A DNA stretch of 64,000 nucleotides from the human T2T-CHM13v2.0 reference genome, Homo sapiens. The notes under the pieces were generated by a model. That model was not told where the DNA came from. It made no database searches and worked only from the letters and a program-made list of their open reading frames with translations. The translations under genes were made by a program, and so were the position numbers. The stretch lies in the NCBI RefSeq assembly GCF_009914755.1, contig NC_060929.1; one strand, given 5' to 3'. Numbering within the stretch: position 1 is the stretch's first letter; the number at the start of each line of letters is the position of its first letter. This document shows, piece by piece, positions 11,341 through 23,274 of this stretch.

Positions 11341-14300
11341 ATGGCAGGTAGCAATAATTACACCTACTGAATTTAAAAAGTGGCTCAGGCACAAGAGGTG
11401 AGTGGCCTGTTCAAGGCAGCATGGCCTGGAAGACCTTCAGCAGGGGCCAGTAAGCTTACTAGCCCTCATACCCAGGAAAGCGGTTTATTTCTCCTCCCAC
11501 ATCAGCATCCCTCTCTTCTTCCTATGTCGGCCCCAGAAGGTTCACACCCTCTCCCTCTTAGGCTCCTTCCTCATTCCGAGGCCTGGAGGGTCTTTGCACA
11601 GAGAGGAATCTGCTTCCTGCCTAGAGCTTGGAGAACCCCAGGCCTTCCGCATTCATGAGGTCCAAGGCCAGGCAGGAGGCAAGGCCATGGGCCCAAATCT
11701 GTGCCATGAGTGTCAACAGAAGATCCCAAAGCTGGAGACCCCAAATAAAAACCCCAAGAGATGTGGGGGCATCAGCTTCCTCAGACTCAACCCAGCACCA
11801 TTCAGCAGCTTTCAAGACCAAGAAGTCCATACTGTTCTCTTGCTCGCAAGATACTCAGCCTATGAAATCCTCAGCTAATGGAGTCCTCAGAGCAGCATGG
11901 AGCCTTGGGGGTGATTTTGAGGAACTGACACTGGGAAACAGCCTAGGGTCTGTGGTGCGCATGGTGGGCAGCAGCCCTTGCCTGTCCACACCACGGACCA
12001 GCTAACCATAGACGAGTTAAGAGTGACAGCATGCTACTGCTAGCGGGGGAAGCTGCACGTGCCATGGTTAAGGACCCCAGGGCTGGGTCTGTGCCCCATC
12101 ATGTTGCGTAACAAGAAAGACAAGGATTGCAGGTGCTTTCCCACAACTAAAGTGGGTGCAGCTGCTGGGAATGGGAGAAACATTTATAGATCTAAGGATG
12201 GGCAGGAATTTAGAAAGGTAAGGGTACTGTCTGCCTTGGCTGATACTTTTATTTCCTTCTATCCATAAGTGTAACAAAAAAATTTTTTTAAATGCTATGT
12301 AAAGATAGGGAGGTTTGAAATTTTTACCAACAATCCCAATCCTTGAACACAAAGACTATTATCATATTTGTGACTGTTGAATATTTTTTAAAGACATATT
12401 AATACTACAGGGAACTGCATTTCTATAGAATGCACTTTGGAAAGCATTGCCCTACAGTATTTATAAATTTCAGAACACATTTTAGGATCTGCCTTGTGTT
12501 GTTTCTGTCATCATTTTACATTTGCTAGTCTTGACTTCCAACCACCCAACACGCTTCCTGAGGGCAGGGCAAACTTGGACATCATTGACAGAACAAGTGC
12601 CCAATCTGAAAATGTGTCACATTCCTGCTCAGGTTCCAAACATGTCATAGCGGATTTATGGGTGTAAATTATACTGTTTGCTCAAAACACTACCTCATCT
12701 TCAGTGGCGTAGTGACAGTGACCTTCAACTATGGTGGCATCTTAGCTATAGGGGTGTCCCTCAAAAAGCATGGGCTTTGTTGAAGCACAACTTACTCTGC
12801 TGTGTGACTTAAGTCAAATAGCTTAATCTCTCTCAGCCTCAATTTTCCCACCTGTAACCTGGGCAGGATAATAGTTTTTAGCTTCTAGAACAGATTAAGG
12901 GTGGTAATATGAGTGGACCATTTAGAGTAGCTCATGAGATAAAACTCAAATGCTAGCTGTTGTCATTTGGCTGTTAATGTTATCTTGAAATCCCACAGTA
13001 GTCAATAGTGGATGGCATTAATTGGAGGAGGGAATTGTTAGATAAAAGATGGTTACTAGATGATAGAAGGAGATTCAAATTATTGACTGGCAGAGAACTG
13101 TTTATGGAAGAGTTCTTGGCTCGTAAGAGCCTCAGTTAGATAGAGCAGGGCCATTGGAGGGAGACCAGTTGCTTGAATGCAAGCTGTTAATCCTCAGGGA
13201 ATCTCCATGGCTCAGCCAGATCCTGGTCTGTAATCTGCTCTCACCACGGGCTGACTGAATGAGCTCATTGTCATGTAATTTAATAGGAGCCAGGTGTCTG
13301 TGATTTCCAAGAGCGTGAGCAGAATCATCCTGCACCCCAAACTAGGAGGGGGAAAAACACCTCGCAGAAGCACACTTGTCCCTAGCTGCTTTCCATGTGT
13401 CAGACAGAGAGGAAATTGTCCAATTCCAAATGCATTCCTATCCTTCTCGGGCGATGAGAGAAAGTAATTGGCATAGTTTGAGTGAAATGAAGGTGGTGGT
13501 TTGGGGTATTTGGTATTTCTTATTGGCATAAAGGAAAACTTGTATTTTAAATACCCCCTGGCTTCTTGAAGAACGCTTTCTCTGCTGTCACTGCGGCCCT
13601 TGTCAAAAAAACCTTAGCTGAAAAGAAAAAAGAATGCACAGAAAAAGAGCAGCAGAGTGAAGGCTCAGTCAGGCGGTGGGTCTTTTTGCGTGGGTATTTG
13701 AAGGAAGAAGGAAGGTGCTGGAGGGAAAGTCAGGCTGCTCTGGAAACATTTCAGTCCTGGAACACCTGGTCTCTAAAGGTGCCATCAATAGCACACACTC
13801 CCCAGGCACTGCAAAGTGGGCAAGCAGGTGGGGTTTGCCAGTGAGCAACCCTCAGGGCTGCAGAGGCGGGAGGGGCAGTACGGGGAGAGGCTCTATTCTA
13901 GGGACCCAACAATCAGTGACTGTTCATCTCCAGACTCAGCCTGATTACTGATGCACCCGAGCTCACACAGACCTAAGAGGCAGATCCAGGATGTGAACAC
14001 TGGTCTGGCTGATGCTCAAGACTGTGCCATTCCTCTGCCCTCATGCCATCTCCTGAAGTTGAAATCTCAAACTTGGCTGTGTCACCACTGTCCTCCTTGG
14101 CTGGGAGTGGGTTCATAATTTACAAAAATCCATCAGGACACTCCCCTGGGACCACCTGCCTTCAGGGTCTTGAGGCCTCAAAAAGTTGCCCTCAGGGATT
14201 AGACCTGGGGTCACAATGTGTGCAATGTGGGTGTGAACTCATGTGTCCAGTTGCTCTCAGCAAGCCAACAAGGTCAAGTCACTTCTCCATCCCACGGCTT

Positions 14301-14589
14301 TGCTCTTGTAACTTGGGAACAAACAGTACCCCATGAATAAGTTCACAGAGGCAGGGTTGTGCAGTAGTGACACGCACAGGCTCTTGAGGCAGTCTGGGTT
14401 CCAATCCACCCCTGCCACCAGGATCGCCATGTAGGGTTGTGTGGCTTATGGCCCGTTCCAGAGCTCCAGGCCAAGATGACAAGGGGGGCCCAGCCTGTGC
14501 CACTCTACTAAGCCATGGTCCCTGGAATTCCACCGACAGCAGGGTGTCTTATGCCAGTTCTACAAAGTATTCACATGGGCGAGGCCTGG

Positions 14590-14775
14590 CCCTGTGTGCT
14601 GCTAAGAGCTGAGGAATTTGGTTGAGTTACATACCCTCAGTGTGCCTCAGTGTCTTTCCCTGTAAAATGGGCAACATAATGTATTTCTCCTCTGGGTTGT
14701 CATGAGCATTCAAGGGGTTAATACCCAGAAAGAACTTAGATCAGTGCCTAAAGTCTGGTAAATACTCAAAAACAA
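14590..14775 (+). mobile_element. MIR
   Basis: 'tgtgcctcagtgtctttccctgtaaaatggg...cttagatcagtgcct...ggtaaatactcaa'. Confidence 0.65.
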
Positions 14776-14978
14776 GTAGTAAATATCTAAGAGGCTAGCT
14801 GTTAGCATTTGACTGGCATTTTTAAGTGTGTTTTGCTAAAGGCCAAATCTGAATCCATAGTGTTTTCCAGTTTTATATGATTTTGTTCTAAGATCCAGTG
14901 TAACTATCAGGAATCCTGGGCAAAGCCATCAGAGTGCTGTGAGCCCCTGCCAGCCATCCCGTCTCATCAGCCTGCCCT

Positions 14979-15298
14979 GTGCAGGGCCTCCTGAGTCCCC
15001 CACTCAGGGGATCACAGACACAGTGCAGGGCCTCCTGGGTCCCCCACTCAGGGGATTGCAGACATAGCATGGGTGCACCTGGGTCCCCCACACAGGGGAT
15101 CGCAGACACAGTGAAGGTGTACCAGGTCCCCCACTCAGGAGATCGCAGACACAGTGAAGGTGTACCAGGTCCCCCACTCAGGAGATCGCAGACACAGTGC
15201 AGGTGCACCTGGGTCCCCCATGCAGGGTATTGCAGACACAGCATGGGTGCACCGGGTCCCCCACACAGGGGATCGCAGACATAGTGCAGGGGCACCTG
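14979..15298. repeat. GC-rich minisatellite, 43-44-bp unit, 7 full copies plus a partial copy
   Basis: Units start at 14979, 15023, 15067, 15111, 15154, 15197, 15241 and 15284; approximate consensus gtgcaggtgcacctgggtcccccactcaggggatcgcagacaca. Confidence 0.95.
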
Positions 15299-16039
15299 CA
15301 TGTTGTTCTTGCACCCTGAAATGGAATAGGAAGGCTGGCTTTTTTTTTTTCTTTTTTAGCTCATCTTCTGTTTTGGACCAATTAAAATAAAGGCATTTTA
15401 AATAGGCCCTGTGGAAAGGGAACTGAAGTTGTTTCCCCAGGCTGAGCTCTGCACCAGAGGTCAGGGCAGGATTAATAAGGAAGCTATAAATACAAACAAT
15501 GGCCCATGTCTCTGTGGGCAATGTGCTCTGGTTTGGGAGGAAGGGAGAAAATTAAATTATAATGGGAAAATATAAATTATTTGGATCAGGATAAAAAGGA
15601 AGAAATCAGTGGTGTCTGAATGAATCTCAGTGAATCTGTCAGAAGAGTTGTGAGGTTGGCTCAGTGTAGGTGCACAAAGATGCCTAGGAGGATGGTGGAA
15701 CAGGGCCCCACACAGACGCAGGTGAAACTCCAGAGTCCTGCCTTTTACTGTTAGCCATGCCCCACCTGTGGAATTCAGTGCTATTCTGAGATGAGAGATG
15801 ATTGTATTTGTCAGATTTTCTATCAAAGTAAATATAGATGGTCACCCACCCAGTGAATGTGATTTTAGCACCTTCCCTGTTGCAGACCCTCCCAGGTACT
15901 GGAGGTTTAGAGGGAAACAGAGCCAGCTCTATGTTGCCCTCAAGGAGCACCCAGACATATCATGTGGCCAAGATGATTGCATCCAAGCGATGCTAATTGA
16001 TTGCAGCCTTGCATGGACCTGGCCAGGTGCTACAGCTCC

Positions 16040-16220
16040 TTGGTAGCACTTGCTCACTTTTATTTCATGGTACCTCCTCTCCCCGCTAGGGGGCAAATGT
16101 CATTATGATGCCCATTTTACAGATGAGGAAGCTGAGGTTCAAAGATATGAGGGGACTTCCTCACAGCCAATATGTGGCAGAGTCATGGTTCAAACCCAGG
16201 GGTTCGTACCTTCAAAGACC
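16040..16220 (-). mobile_element. MIR
   Basis: 'cccattttacagatgaggaagctgaggttc...ggttcaaacccagg'. Confidence 0.75.
16080..16098 (+). promoter_or_regulatory. CTCF-like motif (inside MIR)
   Basis: CCGCTAGGGGGCA at 16083-16095 fits the CCNCNAGGGGGC core; motif only, occupancy unknown. Confidence 0.35.
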
Positions 16221-17539
16221 AAGTTCTCATCCACTGTGCAGACAAATGTTCTGACAGAGGACAGGCAGGGGACAGAGAGTGAGAGAAAGAGAGAGATTGT
16301 GTGTGTACATGTGTGCACATGTGTATGGCAGTGGCTCTGTGTCAACCTGGAAGGCTTCTTGGAGGTGGTGATGTCTAGTGGAATCCTAAAGGAAAGGTCT
16401 TAAATGCTACACTAAGGAATTTGGATTTTATCAACATTTTTTTTCTTTTTTGAGCAGAATTCAGACATGATTATATCCCCCAGCAAATCTATATTTAATA
16501 AGCAACTCCAAGTTGCCAGACAATCTTCTAGGTGCAGAGAGGGTTGCAGACACTTAATATAAGATGTAGTCTCTGCCCTTTCCTAGCTTCAGTCTAGTTG
16601 GAGAGATGAAACACAGATTTATTTAGAAGATAATAAGTAACAGTGTCAATAAACCAATGCCGAGCGCCAAATAAAAGTCAGTGAGTAGGTGAGTGGAGGT
16701 CAGAAGAGGGGGCAGTCTGGGCTCTGGGTTGGTCAAGGAAGGCTCCCAGGGTAGATGGAGAGAGAGAGGTTGGAGGGGTTATGGAAGATTCCAGAAAGGG
16801 TGCACTTTGAGGGCTGGGGCCTAGTGTTTGGCAGTACTAGTTCCCCCATGATTAGCAGAGAGCCTGCCCATAGCAAGTGACGGTGCCTGCTGGCTGAATG
16901 AATAAATGTTGGACCCAGTGAAAAGAAAGGACAAACGGTTGAGAGATGAGGCATAACAAACGGACTGTGGGTTGCAGGGATGTGTGACCACTGAGCCTCT
17001 ACCCAGCCCACCAATACAGTTTAGTTGACTTGTGGCCCCACCAGTCAGATGACCTTCCTTGGCTTTCCTTTTTTTTTAGGTCATGCAGGCACATCTGTGG
17101 GAGAAGCAAGTAGACTCTATAGGGGAAAAGCAGGAGAAAAGATGGGAGAAGCCTTGGGTGACAGAACGAGGAAGCCTTGAATGTGAGTCCAACATGTTAG
17201 CTTTTTTCCTGCAGGCAGGAGGCAGCCATTGAGGCCTCTGGACATTCAAGTAGCAAGAGGTAAATGATTTGGGGAGATTGATCTGGCCCTCCAAGGGGGA
17301 AAGAGGAAAAATGCTATAGGAGAGGGTTTCAGGAAGTGACTCCTGCTATTTAAAACGTGCAAACCCTTTCGTCCAGAAATGTGACTTCTGGAGATTTGCC
17401 CCAAGATCGTGGAACAAGTGTGAAGAAACAAAAACAAACAAAAACCAGCAAAATGCCTCCTGGAGGTCCTTGCAGTGCTGTCTTGGGTGGAGAAAACTAG
17501 AATGCAGCTTTCTCCAGGGGTGCAGTGCAGAGTGAGGGA

Positions 17540-17945
17540 GCTTGCTTTTTCTCTGCTGCCTCTCACCTCAGGGCCTCTGCACCAGATGTTCCCTCTGCCT
17601 GAAATGCTTTTCCCTGCCAGGTCACATGGCTCAATCCTTATCTTTGCTGAAATGCCCCCTTCTCAGCAAGACCTTCCCTGATCACCCTATTCAAATTTTC
17701 TTCCGTAGCCCCACCCCCTCATTTACACCACACACCTGCCGCCCCAGGCACCCAGCCTCGTGACTATCTGACATACCCTTCATTTTATTTGTGTATCTCC
17801 TGTCCCTCTGGAATGGAAACTGCAGTGGCGATTGTTGTCTGTTTTGCACACAGGCAGTATCCTCAGTGCTAAAGCAGCGCTGGGCGTAGTAAGTGCTCAG
17901 TGAAGATCTGTTGAATGAGTGAATGAAGGAAGGGAGGAAGGAATG
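17540..17945 (+). mobile_element. L2 3' fragment
   Basis: 'ctcagggcctctgcaccagatgttccctctgcctgaaatgc...gtagtaagtgctcagtgaagatctgttgaatgagtgaatgaa' L2 tail. Confidence 0.75.
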
Positions 17946-18249
17946 ATGGTGGGTAAATCGGCGAGTGTGTGGCCTACACAGGACATTAGCTTGAGCACCA
18001 GAGAGCAGACCAAGGCAGGTCCTTGGTTCCTGTGCCGACCTGCATTGCGGAGGACTGCGGGGTCTTGGTAGATGAAGCCTGGCCTGGGTCTTTCAGGGCC
18101 CTCTGGCTGGGGCCAGGAGGCACAGCTGCAGTGGACACTTTCAAACTCATCGCGCCTGGCCTTGGCACTCGGTAGGCTCATTTCTGGTCATAATGACACC
18201 TTTCTAAACATAGCTACACAAAATTAAAATGTCACAGTGCAAATGCTGC

Positions 18250-18450
18250 AGCTGTGTGGTACTAGAAAGAACACTAGGTCTTGAGTCAGAAGAGATGGAC
18301 TCAAATCCCAAATATCAAGCCATCTCTCTCCTGGGTGTGACCTTGCACTTCTCTGAGCTTCAGTTTCTTCATCTGCAAGATGGGAATGGTACCAGTAGCT
18401 GTGTCACAGACTGTTGTGAAGGCCGAGGAATTAAGCACGGCGAGAGATTT
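18250..18450 (+). mobile_element. MIR
   Basis: 'gtgtgaccttgcacttctctgagcttcagtttcttcatctgcaagatggg'. Confidence 0.65.
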
Positions 18451-19102
18451 TTGGAAGCTGCAAAGCATCACACATTGGACATGACTTTTACACATAAATA
18501 TGTAAAAATGGTCTCCTGACTGCGTCCTTGGCTTCCTGGCCTGCCACATGGAATGAGGGCAGGGCCTCCCTCTCAGCACAGACTGGTCTCCTCCACCAGC
18601 CCAGCCTCCCCTTGTCACAGTGAGAAGGAGCCATTGACCCACTCAGAAGCCACTCCCTTCTCTCTTACATGGGGAAATCAGCAAACCACAACCATTTATG
18701 AATCCTGCATGTTCCCCTGGTCTTGTCCAACTGTATCTGCTACCATTCCTGAGTGGAAGTTAAAAAAAAAAAAAAAAAGGCAGAGCAAGTTGAAGATGGG
18801 AAAGAGGTGACCTAAGGTGACAAAGAGTCAATGTAGAAGGCAGATATGTCTCATCCTCGCAGTGACTAAGATTAATGGGCATGGAGTGTCAGGAGCCCTG
18901 CCTTAGGAAGAACTCTGAGACTGGCTCCAGAATTCTGTAAATCCAATCAAGAGTGTTGCAATCAGTTAGCAATGTCTGCCTCAGGCAAGGGAGAAGAAAC
19001 TATGGTCTGTATGTCATATCTAATATTCTCCCTTATATCTGAGGTACCCTCTGCTGTGAGACATGCAATCAACCCGATGAAGCCTTTTAGGAAAAAGTCT
19101 AT

Positions 19103-19500
19103 TGTTACATCAAGTTTAACGTAAAGCTGCCTCCTTACATATTTTAAGGTCAGCCTAAAGGTTTCTCTGCACATCGTGAACTATAGCAAGTAGAGATGTA
19201 AACAGACTGTAGCCTACACTTGTGCCGATCAATGAGTTTTGGCCAATCAAATGTGGCCAACTGTTTGAACCATGTTCAAACAGGGCAAATGCTGAGCTAT
19301 AACCAACCCAGCTGTTTCTGTCCCTCACTTCTGTTCTCTGTGCATCACTTTCCTTTTTCTGTCCATAAATCTTTTTCCACCACGTGGCTGCGCTGGAGTC
19401 TCTGAGTCTCCTCTGGCTCAGGAGGCTGCCCAATTCAAAATCATTCATTGCTCAATTAAACTCTTTCAAATTTAATTCTGCTGAAGTTTTTCTTTTATCA
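19103..19500 (+). mobile_element. ERV1 solo LTR, MER57-like
   Basis: TG...CA termini; 'aaagctgcctccttacatattttaagg...ggccaatcaaatgtggccaactg...ctcaattaaactc...ctgaagtttttcttttatca'; CCAAT box and ATTAAA; no primer-binding site follows. Confidence 0.88.
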
Positions 19501-20148
19501 CTCTATTAATGCTAGATGTTGACTATTGAATGGATCCAAGTTTCAGGAACTTACAAAATGTGTGTGTGTTTGAAAGAAGGAAATCATTACTTGCTATCCC
19601 TTCTCTATCAAAATCTACTTGAGCTTTTCAACTAAAAATTCAATGCGTATTCTTTGGGGTATAAATAAATGTGCTGAATCTACCTGGGCTTTTCCCACTC
19701 TGTGGCTTCTTGTTTCTATGTGTGATGCGAAAAGGAAGCTGTGGAAATGGGGAGGAGATTCTTCCAGGTGTTGGGAAGGCTTCCAATGCCCAGCATGTAG
19801 TAGGTGCTCAGCAAATGTTTGTTGAATGAATTTTCAATGATGACCTCAGTTTCTGCATAACTTTTCATGATTCATAAATGCTGTTACCTTAGCTAAGTTT
19901 AAATGTAGTATTTTATCTCCTGTCATATATATTTTTCTCTCTTTTTCTGTGAGTAGACGCCATGATAATCAATCGGGATAACCCACGAGGACGTTGTTTC
20001 ATTCTTTCTGAGTGAGGGGATGGGGCTGATAGAGGAAGCCGGGGAGGGGTTTGCCTGCTGATTTCTTCCTGCTTTTGTGTTTGTGTTTGCCGTCTGCCTG
20101 TCCCTCACATTTCCCTCAGTGTGTTCCTATCCTTGGATCCCTAATCCT

Positions 20149-20344
20149 ACAGCCCAGGACTTTCTACAACGGTACTACTGACATTTTGGATGGGATAATT
20201 CTTTGCTGTGGGGGGACTCTCCTGTGTGCTGTGACATTTAGCAATATCCCTGGCCTCTACCTACTGGATACCAGAGGCACCCCCCACCCCCAGCCGTGAC
20301 AACTAAAAATGTCTCAAGACACACCACCCAGGTGAGAACCACTG
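20149..20344. mobile_element. MER20 (hAT-Charlie)
   Basis: 'actgacattttggatgggataattctttgctgtgggg...gtgacaactaaaaatgtctc...gagaaccactg'. Confidence 0.85.
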
Positions 20345-21159
20345 CTTAGCCTCCCCGGGGAACATGGCTGGTTCCTTCTTTCTGAACAGTTTCAGAAGGA
20401 ACATCAAGTCTGCAACAAGTCTTCTGACTTCATGGTCCACACCAGTGTCAGGCCCACCGTCCTATCAACCCTCCAGGCTCATGTCTCCAAGGAGCTCTCT
20501 GATCATTCCCTGGTGTCTCTCTCGTTTGCTGTCTGCCCCTCTCCCCTGGGCTATGAGCGCCACAGGAGTTTTTTCTATTTTGATTATCTCTCTATCCCTG
20601 GGGCCCAGAAGTCCCTGGCACTCAATAGGTTCTCCAGTGGATAAAGGTGAGGACGAGGTGACTGGGGGAGCCTCCCTGTGGAGTGACGTCTCCATGCCAT
20701 GAAATTGCCAGCCCTGGGAAGTCATGAGGAAGAACACTCCAGGCAGAGGGCACAGTCACCGCACAGCTCTCAGGCAGGAACAGGTTTGCCTTGTGGAAGG
20801 CTGCTGGGGAGGAGAGGGGAGCGGGATTGGAGAAGGGTGCTCCAAGAGCCAGAAAAGCTAGTCAGGAGGCCACAGTGAGGGGTGCAAACTCAGTTCCAGG
20901 AGTGACAACAAGCCCTCTGGAAACCTCCCAGATGTCCCAAGGTCCACCCCTGGCCCACTCTCACTCTCCTCTCTCCTTGTCGCCCAGCCTCACTCTGGGA
21001 AGGCTGGGGAGGATTCCTAAATCTGGTCTGAACTCCTGAGGCTGAAGCCAGAGCTGGTGTGGCCCCCAAGTCATATCTCAGGGTGGGAGAGAGTCCTTCC
21101 ATCAAGGAGGCAACGCTATGAGGGCAGCTCAGTGCTCAGCCCACCCCTCTAACCCTCAT

Positions 21160-21243
21160 GGGCGGGCCCTCAATCAGAAACCACAAATTCCAGGCTCAGT
21201 CAGGGAAGGCCTGGATCCTCCACTTCCGGCTCCTCCCGGAAGT
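21160..21243. promoter_or_regulatory. candidate enhancer/promoter motif cluster (GC box, RUNX, ARE-like, inverted ETS pair)
   Basis: GGGCGGG 21160-21166; AACCACA 21179-21185; GCTCAGTCA (TGACTGAGC on -) 21194-21202; ACTTCCGG-N6-CCGGAAGT 21222-21243. Confidence 0.45.
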
Positions 21244-21479
21244 CAGCTTAAAGAAATGATGCGGAGGAATGATCACTGAAGAGACTCGTCATTCCTGGTC
21301 AAACCATGCTGGAGGTCAGGGGTTTGTTAACTCAGCCTTGTCACAGGGGCCTTCCCTTCCACCTCAATGCTACGACAGAGCTGGTGTTGAAGGTCTTTGA
21401 CGAAAAAGCTACATTTCTGCATTTAAAATGGAGAAGATCAGGCCACTCAGTATCTCTGGTGTAAGAAGACATTTGGCAA

Positions 21480-21700
21480 TAGTAACAGCTAATTTTTTTT
21501 AATACTTACCGTAACTCATTTTACCCATTTCCTGCCTAGAAAAAAAAAAGTGCAGCTCACTGCCAGCACTCATTTCTTGGGGCAAACAGGAAATAAGTTA
21601 ATCTTAACAACAACCCTGTAAGGTGCATAGTTTTATTATCATCCCCATTTTACAGATGGGGAAACTGAGGCAGTGAAGTTTAGTAATTTTCCCAGATTCA
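21480..21700 (-). mobile_element. MIR interrupted by a piggyBac MITE
   Basis: Removing the MITE and one copy of its target site restores a MIR-like 'aactcatttaatcttaacaacaaccctgtaagg...ccccattttacagatggggaaactgaggc'. Confidence 0.75.
21524..21597. mobile_element. piggyBac-family MITE (MER75A-like)
   Basis: 74 bp with imperfect TIRs cccatttcctg / caggaaataag; flanked by ttta (left) and ttaa (right); internal 'aaaaagtgcagctcactgccagcactcatttcttggggcaaac'. Confidence 0.75.
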
Positions 21701-21789
21701 CTAAAATTTCTAAGATATGTTTAACAAAGAAATCCACCCTTTAACTCTTAAATAATATCCTCTTTTTAAAATTAATGCTAGAATATGGT

Positions 21790-22200
21790 GCAATATCTTT
21801 TTAATTGAGTGTATCTTTTGCCCCAGCAATTCTACCACTAGGAACTGAGCCTAAGGAGGTATAAATATTTAGTTAGAAGGATGCAGTATTATTTAGTATG
21901 TGGAACTCAATGAGAATCTCCACTAAGAGGGGTTATTTAAATAAACTGTGATGCCTCCATATAAATGTAGCTGTTCAAAATGACATCTGTTTGTATGTAC
22001 CAACATAAAAAGACATCTAAATCATATATTTTAACAGAAAAGTCCAGAATAATCACATTTTTGTAAGCAGTCATTTTGTCTGAGGACTGGGATTTCTATT
22101 GACTTTTAATTTCTTATTTTCACGTGTCTATAGTCTCTAATTTTTCTACAATGAACATGTACTACATTTATAATAAGAAAGAAACTCAATAAAAGTTATT
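21790..22200 (+). mobile_element. old L1 (L1ME/MC-type) 3' fragment
   Basis: 'tttgccccagcaattctaccactaggaa...ttaaataaactgtg...tctacaatgaacatgtactac...caataaaag'. Confidence 0.6.
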
Positions 22201-22911
22201 GAGTAAAAGAATAAGCAGCCAGAAATCTGTCTCTTCTGGGGAATTAGTGAGCCTCTTCCTCCCTGAGAGTAGACGCTATGCCTGCTTTGCTGGAACCTTC
22301 CATTTGTCCCAAATGCTCCACTCTCTGCCAATGGGAGACGGGGTCTATATTCACCTGGTCCCTTCTGCGTGAGGCCACCTTGGCAGAAGTCACTGCCCCT
22401 CCCAAGGCATCTGACCCTGCAAAACCCTCTTGTCGTCTGGGTTCTGGTAAACTCCCCATTCCCTGTTTTTTTTGTGGGTATACAGATAGTAAAAGCTCTG
22501 CTGCCCTGGCCCTGGTTTTAAATGCCCCCTGGTGTTTTCTCTATACGCCACTGACACCTTGATCATGAGTCAAATCACCTGAACATAGAGTAGCATCTGC
22601 TTCCTGTTGAGAATCCAACGAATACATTTACCTGATTTGCTCTCTCTTCTTTTCCTAAGTCCTAACTTCCTAAAATAAAATGACTCTCCAATTCACCTGT
22701 CCACCTTGGCCTTCTCTCCTTATACCCAGTCTTGCCCACTAGACGTCTTCGTTTGGGCAACCACACAGCTTATAAGCCTCCTGATGCCCACCACAGGAGT
22801 CTTATTTTGTGCTGCCACGTTAAATTCTCTCTTCCATGAGCACCACTCTTTCACTTTCCACCCACTCCAAACCTGAAAATCACCTTTCTCCACCCCTCCT
22901 TTAATTTTTTA

Positions 22912-23274
<363 letters not shown>

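Noticed and set aside
14979-15298. CRISPR-like array, or a repeat protein encoded by the overlapping ORFs
   Set aside because: Units are contiguous with no unique spacers, there are no cas genes, and the context is primate DNA. The 43-44-bp period is not a multiple of 3, so the open frames are a by-product of GC-rich repeats.
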